A stretch of DNA of 64,000 bases. Source: Eledone cirrhosa (Eukaryota). The notes beneath the pieces are model-generated. The model was given only the letters and a program-made list of their open reading frames with translations. It was not told the DNA's origin and ran no database searches. The DNA lies in contig OZ024743.1 in the NCBI GenBank assembly GCA_964016885.1, positions 237,336,001 to 237,400,000 on the forward strand, given 5' to 3'. Both the position numbers and the translations under genes were made by a program. How positions within the stretch are numbered: position 1 is the stretch's first letter; every line of letters starts with the position of its first letter. This document shows, piece after piece, positions 12,579-24,000 of the stretch.

Positions 12579-13363
12579 AATTACTATATCTACCAACATA
12601 TTTATACAGAAGTATACTTACGCTAGCAAGATATAGATTTTGTCTTAGTAACTTTGTGGTTCAATACAAAAATATAGAACAATTATATGAAAGACGTAAA
12701 ACAAGAAAATTATAATAATTAACTTATTTACTTAAGTTTCATTCAAACTAATTAGTTTCTGAAAGGGGATATACGTAGTGTTCAAAACTATGGAGAATCC
12801 TTTCTTCATCAGGGAGTCAATTCTCGGCTAAGGTCCCTGGCGATAGGCGGACACAGGGAGCTCAAACAAAAATAATTCAGTGAATGGAAAAAAAGCAAGC
12901 GTGGACTAAATTTCAACACACCGAAAATGTCACTGCCTTCCCGGTCAGTGGCAAATTCAAAACAATCAATCACGTGACATCGAGGTTAATCAGTGAGGAG
13001 TGGGGTGTTAAAAAGACAGTAGCCAAAATGTTACTATGAACCATAGTAGTAATTTAGGCAAATTTTTGCTCAACAAAATAATTTGGAGATAATTATAAAG
13101 AATTAGTATATCTACCAACATATTTATACAGAAGTATACTTACGCTAGAAAGATATAGGTTTTGTCTTAGTAACTTTGTGGTTCAATACAAAAATGTAGA
13201 ATAATTATATGAAAGACGTAAAATAAGAAAATTATAATAATTAACTTACTTACTTAAGTTTCACTCCAACTAATTAGTTTCTGAAAGGGGATATACATAG
13301 TGTTCTAAACCATGGAGAATCCTTTCTTCATCAGGGAGTCAATTCTCGGCTAAGATCCCTGGC
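12572..13363 (-). mobile_element. Non-coding element with 270-bp direct repeats, each carrying a hammerhead-like motif (retrozyme or non-autonomous Penelope-like)
   Basis: 12572-12841 is repeated at 13094-13363 (offset 522). No ORF. Abuts (TA)n. Confidence 0.7.
13263..13339 (-). ncRNA. Type I hammerhead ribozyme motif with long stem II; degenerate twin at 12741-12817
   Basis: Minus strand reads actcc-CTGATGA-agaaagg...cctttca-GAAA-ctaattag-TT-ggagt. Stem I is perfect and stem III is palindromic. There is an A.A mismatch at the base of stem II. Confidence 0.65.
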
Positions 13364-13365
13364 AA

Positions 13366-14139
13366 CCAGGTCATTTCACTGAGGAACTGGAATCATATGA
13401 TTCCAGTTCCTCAGTGAAATAACAATCCAACCAGGAACTGGGCATATCAGAGTATTGACAAAGTTAAACACCTCAACAACATGTGTACTCGTCTCTACCA
13501 CTCTAATTCGGACTCCCTGAATAGGTCACAGCCAAAGATGGCTGTCACCGAAATATATATAGCAGTAATAAACGAAGCCAAATTTTAAATATTTGACTTA
13601 TTTATTTTAGTTTACTTTACATTACTCCGGAGTAACCAAACCAACCTGCGCACTTCGTCGAGTGCTCCAATCTGCATACTAGAGTGTTGGTATACAACCA
13701 ACATATACTCAACATTTATATATATATATATACTCAAAATTTATATATATATATATATACTCAAAATTTATATATATATATATATATAAATGTTGAGTAT
13801 ATGTTGGTTGTATACCAACACTCTAGTATGCAGATTGGAGCACTCGACGAAGTGCGCAGGTTGGTTTGGTTACTCCGGAGTAATGTAAAATAAACTAAAA
13901 TAAATAAGTCAAATATTTAAAATTTGGCTTCGTTTATTACTGCTATATATATTTCGGTGACAGCCATCTTTGGCTGTGACCTCTTCAGGCAGTCCGAATT
14001 AGAGTGGTAGAGACGAGTACACATGTTGTTGAGGTGTTTAACTTTGTCAATACTCTGATATGCCCAGTTCCTGGTTGGATTGTTATTTCACTGAGGAACT
14101 GGAATCATATGATTCCAGTTCCTCAGTGAAATGACCTGG
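13366..14139. mobile_element. Tail-to-tail inverted pseudo-LTR pair, Penelope-like
   Basis: ~350-bp near-perfect inverted arms around a (TA)n centre. Each arm contains a hammerhead motif and a 48-bp perfect palindrome. Confidence 0.75.
13939..13993 (-). ncRNA. Minimal type I hammerhead ribozyme with intact core; mutated mirror copy at 13512-13566 (+)
   Basis: Minus strand reads actgc-CTGAAGA-ggtcacagcca(aaga)tggctgtcacc-GAAA-tatata-TA-gcagt. Confidence 0.85.
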
Positions 14140-14313
14140 ATCTGAAAACTCTGACTCATCAACTATTCAACTACCCAGCTTCATATCAACAGACTGTTGA
14201 CCTGTTCACAGTGTCCTTCCCCTCCACCACGACACCTATCTCATCAGCAGGATGCTCCATTGGAGGCCCAATTACTGATCAAACCTTCTAGTCTATATTT
14301 CACATCATAAGGG

Positions 14314-14505
14314 TTAACTAAACATTTTCAAGCAAGCCAATACGTTCGCAGCACTTCCACTGGTGATGGCGAGGCTAAGACGCTGAAACAACCAGGCACT
14401 CTCACAAGCATCACCTGACACCTCAGTTAGGCGAGCCGCCAGCGATGACAAGAAATTCGCTGTCAGCAGCCCAACTCCACCAAACGTCTCGAACGCTGCA
14501 GGAAA
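14314..14505 (-). mobile_element. CRE-like retrotransposon 3' fragment (RLE domain C-terminus)
   Basis: FPAAFETFGGVG..FLSSLAARLTEVSGDACESAWLFQRLSLAITSGSAANVLAC. Confidence 0.75.
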
Positions 14506-14679
14506 AAGTAATAATTTTAATATTAAAAATGTTATTATTACAGTAGAATAACATAACAAATATGTTTTAAATATATACATAAATAACATTACAAATATAT
14601 TTCTTTTCGGAACTCGACCCCATTCACTTCCGGATTGGCATTAAAATGGGTCTTGAAGCAACCGTCCAAAGAGTCCTTT

Positions 14680-14845
14680 TCTGGTGTCCTCGGCCCTAGG
14701 ACTACCTCCCTACTCACCACCATAGGCGCTGAGCTGGCCAGCCGTAGGTGTGAGCCTCGCGAGCTGGAATGGCTCTTCCAATGCATCTCCATCACCATCG
14801 TCCGGGGAAACGCCTTCTCTATTCTGTCTGCCGAGGCCACCAATA
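14680..14845 (+). mobile_element. CRE-like retrotransposon 3' fragment
   Basis: [49 protein letters not shown]. Confidence 0.75.
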
Positions 14846-15067
14846 TGATTGACTTGTCATTTTATCAGTCAGATGTTTTTAGACATCACCCATTTAATTA
14901 TGATTTAAGATATGATGTGACGCGAAAGAAATTTGGCTGCTATTTTTAACAGGTCAACCAACCGCATAAAGGTTTTCACTCCTTCGCTCGAAATAAACAT
15001 ATTTGTTATAATTATTGGTTTTAGCCAAAATGTTCTTGTTGAAATCAGTACAGGATAAAGGCGAATA

Positions 15068-15131
<64 letters not shown>

Positions 15132-15153
15132 TATATATAAATGTGTATATATA

Positions 15154-15237
<84 letters not shown>

Positions 15238-15240
15238 GTA

Positions 15241-15296
<56 letters not shown>

Positions 15297-15308
15297 CGTG
15301 TACATACT

Positions 15309-15341
<33 letters not shown>

Positions 15342-18300
15342 GATACGAGCACAATTTTAATTAATTAGAATTTTTTTTGTTTCACTACATAAAAATATTA
15401 GTCACCACTTAACTAGGTTTGCTTATGCTGAAGGCATCCCTTGGAAAATATTCCGGTGTCGTTGTTTTATATATGTCTACAAATAAAATGTCCAATCTTT
15501 ATATTTCGTATTTACGCTGTACGATGTATGAATGTTTATTATTTCTACCTACGGACGTTTTTATAAATTTCTAGCAGTGGCAAATAATTTCTTACTACTT
15601 AATAAGTTTATGACTTCAATTTTTAATTGCACTGAAGAAAGTTAAGACAAAATACTCTTCAATGTGTGAAGTTAAGTTGTCGCACCTGTTAACACTTCGC
15701 GGTAATTTGAAAAACTTTTGCCAAGTGAGTGGAATTTTCTTAATTTTGAACTAAATGCCGAAGAAAAAAAATATTAGCATATATTTTTCTTTCGTTTTGA
15801 TCATATACAGTATATATATTTGTGGATTACATTTATAAGGTTCCTAGCAATAATTAATTGTAATTATTATATATGTTTATATTTTCATTCTTTAAGAAGT
15901 ATTATATATATTATGCTTAGATAACATAAATTGCTCGCGATTCTTTCAGATTCTTTTAATGTTGCAATATTAAAGAAAACACAAAGGAATGGTTGAACAA
16001 CCGAGCCAACACCAGAGCAAAAGACAGCAGCGAGGGGTACTGGGCAACCTCTCTAATGATTCCTGAGGCAAGCCAGCACACTGGCAGTGTTGCCTCGGTT
16101 GATGTGCTGTAAATTTATTTATCTGCTATGTCTATATTATATATATTATATATGTCTATGTTATATATATTATATATACTATATATATGTCTATATTTTC
16201 ATTCTGTAAGAAGTATTATATATATTATATGTCCTATATTTTCATTCTGTAAACATATATTCATAGAAAAATAATTGTTTCTACTTTTGGCACAAGGCCA
16301 GCAATTATCACAGTGTATTACTGGTACTTTATTTTATCGACCTGGTAAGGATGAAAGACAAGAAAAATAATGATAATTTTTGGTGATAATAAATGATAAT
16401 TATTTCCTCTAAAAATATATCTCAATACTTTCTCGTTATTTATTGTTGGTAAGAAGGTATAACTACAGTTTAGTGACTCCCTATATTCCTGATAATGCGT
16501 CTTTTTTTTTTTTAATTGAACATTACGATACGTTTTGGGCAATGTTATAATAATTGTTTCTACTTTAGGCACAAGGCCAGCAAAATACTCCAGTGCATTA
16601 CTGGTAATTTATTTTATCGACCCCGTAATGGTTTCTTATATAGATACAAGGCCAGCAATTTTGGGGGTGGGGAAAGTCGATTAAATCTACCCAGTGCGTG
16701 ACTGGTACTTTATTTTATCGACCCCGTAAGGATGAAAGGCAAAGTTAACCTCGGCGGGATTTGAACTCAGATCATAAAGGGTCGTAACTCTATGCTGCAA
16801 AGCATGGCGTCAGATCCTCTATTTAATATTGTAACATTAAAAGTGTGAATTTGTATCTAAAAACCTTCCATCATAATTTAAATTATGTTCCAAACATCAA
16901 ATAAATGAAAGTTCTACCAATGTTCTAATAATAATCTAAATAAAGGAAGGTCTGCTGGACTGCGTACGGTTTATTTTTTTTTATCCCGTTTGTAAAATAA
17001 GTTGGATTACTTTGAATAAATAATTGTTTCTACTTTTTGGCACAAGGCCAGCACTTATCCCAGTACATTACTGGTACTTTATTTTATCGACCCCATAAGG
17101 ATGAAAGGCAAAGTTAACCTCGGCGGGAATTGAACTCAGATCGTAAAGGGACGTAACTATGCTGGAAAGCATAATCCAACTCTCTACCGATACTGCCAAT
17201 TCACCGCCCTATTTGAATAAATAATGAATGAATATTACATAACTTATCTACTAAATTTCGTGGCTGTTGATTAAATATATTTTGTTTATTTAAAGATTCA
17301 CTTCTTTAAAATTTCTGAAATGTCAACACTTCCGGTTAGCGATCGCTTAAATAAACATACTAATTGTCCGTCACTAATTTTCTCCTAATGCAGCTGAGCC
17401 CGGTTGCACCCGGGGCCACTTTTTATTAAGTTAATAATTTGAAAAATATTATTGAAAGTTTATTATAAAGAAGCAGTTTCAGGAGAAAAAAATAGAAATA
17501 TGCACTTGGGGCTGGACGGCGTACAATGAGAAATGGAGCGACGTGAAAAGCGTTGTTTATTAACAGCGAAATAGCAATGTCGATGATATGCAATTTGAAA
17601 AATACTACTTACTGTTAGTGGTGGTTAACCTGTATTAGAATTAAAATAAAAACACGCGTCCCTTCTTCGCAATTTAAGGGTTTTATTTCTTTTGATGGAA
17701 AACTGACCGTACTGCAGAATCGATTTCATAAAACGGTACTGTATGATCGTTAAATGTAGAAGGATGATAGTTTATTAACAGCGAAATAGCAATGTCGATG
17801 ATATGCAAGTTTAAAAATGCATATTATGAAGGTTTGTATGATAGTTTACACTTTTTCCTCAAATTGCTTCTTTATAATAAACTTTCAATAATATTTTTCA
17901 AATTATTGGTACTGTATGTTAACAGCGAAAGAACGTTGATGAAATTGTAAATAAGACAAAAGTATTAGAACAGGGGGAAATAACTCACCGAACGCGATAG
18001 TTTTGGGGCCCTAGGGACCACATTTTTCAAGTTAGAGATTTGAAACCTCGTCATGGGTTACGTTACTGATTACATAAGACAGTGTAACGTAGTCTTCGTT
18101 CAATTTCTGTGTATATTGTCAATTACGGTTTTATTTGATGTATCATATCTACATGTATATATACCTGCGTATAATATCAATATACACACTACACATGCTA
18201 GCAGAAAAACTACCCTTCGGGTGGTTTTTCTGCTAGTAATAGTAATGATTTCTACTATAGGCACAAGGCCAGCAATTATACCAGTACATTACTGGTGCTT

Positions 18301-18649
18301 TAGTTATCAACTACGTAAGGATGAAAGGCAAAGTTAACCTCGGCGGGATTAGAACTCAGAACGTAAAGGGCCATAACTCTATGCTGCAATCCAATCGTGT
18401 ACAGTGTTCAGGTGCACTACAACTCATTAAAGGTGCATGTATAATACATAGAATAATTGTTTCTACTTTTGGCACAAGGCCAGCAATTACCCAGTACATT
18501 ACTGGTACTTTATTTTATCGACAGCGTAAGGATGAAAGGCAAAGTTAACCTCGGTGGGATTTGAACTCAGAATGGCAGGGGCCGTAACTCTATGCGTCAA
18601 AGCATGGCGTCCGACCCTCTACCGATACTGCCAATCCACCGCCCTCATA

Positions 18650-19630
18650 TAATACATAGAATAATGTATAAATGTCAGGAAAGTAAACAGTCATATACAT
18701 GTGTGTGTATGTAGGGAGGGTATCAGGTGTAGTGTTGGCAAATTTCAGTAAGCATGGAGGTTTTAAAGGATACAGTGTCTCGACAGCTAACAACTGATGC
18801 AGGTAGTTTGTTCCATGGAGGTTTTAAAGGATGCAGTGTCTTGACAGCTAACAACTGATGCAGGTTGTTTGTTCCATGCTTCAGCAACTCTGAGCGTGAA
18901 AAAATGTTTCCGAAAGTCATGAGAGCTGCTGTTTTCTGACTTTGTGGGCATGCCCACTTGTGTTAGACACATGGAGATCGAAAAGGTACTCAGGGTTGTT
19001 GTTTGCAAGATGGTTAATAATGTTGTGGGTGTTTACCAGTCAGTTGCCGGACGTCGGAGCTTCAATGTATCCAGAAGCAAGGTGTTCAGAGTATGGTAGA
19101 TGCCTGATGGAGGGTATTCGCTTGGTTGCATATTTCTGAACAGTTTCCACGAGGTCAATATTCTGAGCAAGATAGGAATTCCAGACTGGTGATGTAAATT
19201 CTAAGTGTGGACACGCCATAGCTATATACAGCTTTAAATAGATAGCTGGAGAGCAGCTGACAAAGGTATTGTTGAGTGATGCTAAGACACCCTAGCCTTC
19301 TTGACAATTTTAGAGATGTGCTTTGTCCAACACAAATTGCTGCTGACCGTAATGCCCAGGTTACGTTCACCAGAAGACTCCTTGATATTAGTGTTGTGGA
19401 GGGAGTATGTGGATGCTGGGTTTTTACTCCCAAAATGCATGGTGGTACACTTGTCTACAGCCAGCTTCAGTTGCCAGTCCGTGATCCATTGCTGCATTGT
19501 GTCCAGGTCTGATTGCAGGAAAGATCTATAGTGTTCAGGATCTGTCCTTTTTATCTCAATGTACAGCTTGATGTCATCTGCATATTTCAGCTCTGTGGCA
19601 TTCTTTAAGTTGGCATCTATGTCATGATAT
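18650..19630 (-). mobile_element. CR1-clade LINE 3' fragment (decayed RT plus 3' UTR); 3'-end copies at 42385-42782(-) and 54635-54933(+)
   Basis: KYADDIKLY..LQSDLD..W..WQLKLAVDKC..MHFG..ERNLGI..W..HI, then HDFRKHFFTLRVAEAWNK. Confidence 0.85.
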
Positions 19631-20339
19631 ACACACATGTGTGTATGGAAGGGTAAAATCAGGTGTAGTGTTGGCAGGAAGTATGTTGATAAATATACTT
19701 TATTGTAGTTTATAAACAGCTTTATGTTCCTCTATAAAATCTGTGACATTATGAACATTATTATTATTCATTAACAATAGACCTACCTCTGGAACCCCAC
19801 CCCGCTTCACCAACCCATGTATACAAGTACAGACTCGTCAACTCTCTCTTTCCAATGAGATCTCCCACCCACTTTGGGGTGGGTGAGAGATATCTTTTCT
19901 TGTGAAAATGGGTATAATTTCCATTATGTAAAATCTCCCCATTTTGCCTCATTTCTATCTGTTTTAGGGGACTTTTTTTCATGGTACTCCTGTTTGGATT
20001 TTTAGAGGTTGGCAGGGTCTGCAAGTATGGAAAGCTGAACACACTCTCCCACAATGCTGTTGGGCTGGCTGAAAGCTTTCAGTCCACCTTATAAGGTGGC
20101 CATTTTGGTCTCATGACAAAGGAGCACTGAGTCCTCTGTTAGGTAATATGGGAAGAGAACACCTAACCCTCACTGCAGGGTGGTCATGCTAGTGACAGGA
20201 TGGGTGCCCCCCCCCCCCCCCTCCCCCAGGATGTGATGTTGATATGAAAGGTGTGTTCAATCATGTCTTGTGTAAGCAATAAGCTGGATTTTTACCCAGA
20301 CACTCCTGTGCCAATCAAATATTTACTCTTTACAACATC

Positions 20340-20720
20340 AAGAGATACAGTAAATTCCAAGTACCCACGCATTCATTGTCTAAAACATTTGATAGCCTAC
20401 ACCATCTTTATGGAAAATCTTTTGAGCTTATGGCATACCATCCAAGGTTGTCTTGGCCATCAAGGATTTATATACTGGTTCAAAATGCTAGATATGAACT
20501 GAAGATGGCTATAGTGAGTGGTTTGATGTCATCACAGGAGTCCACCAAGGATGCCTGCTGTCTCCGATTCTCTTTCTTTTGCCCATCAACTGGATTCCAA
20601 AAAGGGCAACAGAAGATAAGAGGATTGACTGACTAGAGGAACAGAAGCTTTCAGACCTTGACTTTGGAGATGATATTGTTACCATGATCAAAAATACATC
20701 TGACTTGCAGTACCCGATAA
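20340..20720 (+). mobile_element. Highly decayed LINE RT fragment
   Basis: QGCLLSPILFLF and DLDFGDDI remnants with frameshifts. Confidence 0.6.
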
Positions 20721-20934
20721 ATGAGATAGGGTTCATATGATTGACTAAATGAAGGTGGTGTTTCAGCATGACCACAATCTAGGGGTTCACATGATTGACT
20801 AAATGAAAATGGTGCCCCAGCATGACCACAGTCTAATGACTGAAATCACTTTGGTTTCAAGAAGAGAATAGAATATATTGTGTGTAGTTAAAATGTTACA
20901 TTGACTTCAATTAATTTCATTCTTCATTAGCAGA

Positions 20935-21067
20935 ATGAGTGATGATTTTTCTGATGATGGAACCGATGAATTTCTCTCTGCCATTTCTCTTGATACCCTA
21001 CCACAGTCAAACAATCATACTAATGGAACAAATTATTCAGCTTCATCCAGTGAAACACATAATCAAG
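20935..21067 (+). CDS. DDX11: DDX11 coding exon 1 ([22 protein letters not shown]...HNQ)
   Basis: ATG follows a tcttcattagcag acceptor. The frame is open to a phase-1 gtattg donor that matches exon 2. There is no homology support, only phase and position. Confidence 0.7.
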
Positions 21068-24000
21068 GTATTGATTAGTTTTCAGTTTGATTTCTACTAA
21101 TAACCATCATCATCTTATGCTTTCATATCCTATTTCATTGGTTTATCTGCTATCTTCTTATTTTAACTCTTTTCATACCAAATCATACCAAACTGATACA
21201 ATACAAAACTATTTAAAAACATTTTTATCCAAAAACCTTCTATCATAATTTTATGTAAAAACCTTCAAATTATGTTACTCGATAGAGTGCATAGCTCGGA
21301 GATCAGAGAGTCATTCCAGGTAGAACCACTACTTCTCTAAATTGGGAGATCACAGCTCTGATACTATGGACATGTGGTTAGAATGTCTCCGGAAAGAATC
21401 TCTGGACAGATTTTACTGGCAAAACCAACCAGCAGGTGACCCAGGGGTAGATCCCCGGGCAAGATGGTTGGATAACATCCAGAGCTGACTTTCGCTGGGT
21501 TGGTAACTAAAAGGTTAAAGTAGATGGCACACAGGTCCATCACAGGGCTAACCCCTAGCTGCTGCTATTGCTGGTACTCATTTTCAGTGAGATGAAATGC
21601 CTTGCTCAAGGACACAATGTGTCACTCGAACTGGGAATTAAATTCACAACATTTTGATTGTGAATTAACCCTTTAGCATTTACATTACTCTATATTTATT
21701 ATTGTATTTTCATGGTAAAGGCCTCACAAGATGATGTCACATAATATTGAATATAAGAGATTTTGATATTTACTTTGAGAACAATACCTCAACATCAGTA
21801 TGAGTGGCTAGTTATGGCCATTTGAACAAAAAGAGGTGGGAGAATCCTGGCCAGTTTAAATACTAAAGGGTTAAATAGTCCAACCACTTGACTACAGGCC
21901 TTTACTTGATCTAAAAATAAACTGCTTCATTCATTTGTGTTTATTTCTTCTCCAAACTGATATTTTCCATGTTTTGTGTCTAACCCATGCTAGTGTGGAA
22001 GATAGACATTGCACAATGATGTTGATGATGATATCCTCCTATTTCAGATGATGTCAATGTTCCAGAAATATTTCCATTCCCATTTACACCTTACAATATC
22101 CAGTTAGGATTTATGAAATCTCTCTATAAATGTCTCCAACTTGGTAAAATTGGAATATTTGAAAGCCCAACTGGAACTGTGAGTAAAATAATTACTTCTG
22201 CACTCAGAAATGAAAGAAAGTGTTATATGACAGTGTTATAGAAAGTGTTATGTGATGTAATGGCAGTGTTATAGAAAGTGTTATGTGATGTAACAACAGT
22301 GTTAAAGAAAGTGTTATGTGATGTAATAACAGTGTTAAAGAAAGTGTTATGTGATGTAATGACACCGTTAAAGAAAGTGTTATGTGATGTAATTACAGTG
22401 TTAAAGAAAGTGGTATGTGATGTAATGGCAGTGTTAAAGAAAGTGTTATGTGATGTAACGATGGTGTTAAAGACAGTGTTATGTGATGTAGCGACAGTGT
22501 TGAAGAAAATGTTATGTGATGTAATGACTGTTATAGAAAGTGTTATGTGATGTAATGGCAGTGATATAGAAAGTGTTATGTGATGTAACAACAGTGTTAA
22601 AGAAAGTGTTATGTGATGTAATAACTGTTAAAGAAAGTGTTATGTGATGTAATGACAACGTTAAAGAAAGTGTTATGTGATGTAATGCCAGTGTTAAAGT
22701 AAGTGTTATGTGATGAAACAATGGTGTTAAAGACAGTGTTATGTGATGTAATGACTGTTAAAGAAAGTGTTATGTGATGTAATGACAGTGTTATGAAAGT
22801 GTTAAAGAAAATGTAAAGAAAGTCTTGTCATAATAGGAAGCAAATGTCTTTCTATCATTGATGTTCTTCTTGGTTAGCAAGGGTTTGTTTGCACATCTTT
22901 TTGAAGTGAAATCCCTTTTCTTTCATTCTTCTAGATATTGTAATTCTAGAAAGTGAGTTCCCATTTGCTGTTTTAAATTGTTTAGAATGATCAGTAAAGG
23001 TTTTCTTCCGATCTTTCAAAACAGTCATTTTCAGCCTGTGGTCATCCTTGACTGTGGAAGCTCTAGAGCGACCAGACATCGATTTCCTTGATACAGAACC
23101 TTTTGTTTCGTATCTTAGACCAATTCGCTTCACAGTTGACAGAGATGTTTCAAGATTTTCTTTCTTTAGAAGATCAAAAATGTCCTTGTAAGTGAAAGTG
23201 TTATGACAGTGTTAAAGAAAGTGTTAAAGAAAATTTTTTTTGTTTTCTCATCAAGATGTTTTCTTTTTCTCCGGAGAGTTATTTTAAATTAGAAACTATT
23301 ATATGATGTAATGATATTAATCTGAAATCACTTATTACATCCAAAAACACGTCATATCTATTTTTCTTATAATATTACCATGACTCATTTTTTTTTAACA
23401 CGACTGTATCATCATCATCATCGTTTAACATCCATCTTCTACGCTAGCATGGGTCTGGATGTATATATATCATATTTGCATATATATCAAATATGATATA
23501 TATATATATATCATATTTGCACAATTGCACTTCTCAAAGGCGATGACACATGACTGTGATCTCTGGTGTTATGCAGTAATACAGAAGAGCCTTCTTATGT
23601 GCATGGGTTGAGGCATACATCTAGTATGCGCCACGTTCCTCTCCATCACCCCTTCCATATACATCCCATGTGGTAATACCTCCACTCCACCCTCATCCTA
23701 ACACCCCACCCTCACCTGTACTCCTAGATCTACCTCCCTAATCCTTATGCACCTCCCCCACTTAAATCCCCAGTCCACACTGTAAAGTGGTCGTGTAGGT
23801 GACACAAGGAGTGCTGAGCCCCACTATAAAGTGGTCATGTAGGTGTCATGATAAAAAGCACCCAGTCCACACTGTAAATGTGGTTGGCATTAGGAAAGGC
23901 ATCCAGCTGAAGAAACCAAGCCTGAACTAGTTCTGTATGAGCAAGACATGGTCATCTGATCTGGCTTGTCTCACAATGGAACAACTCGTCCAACCCATGC

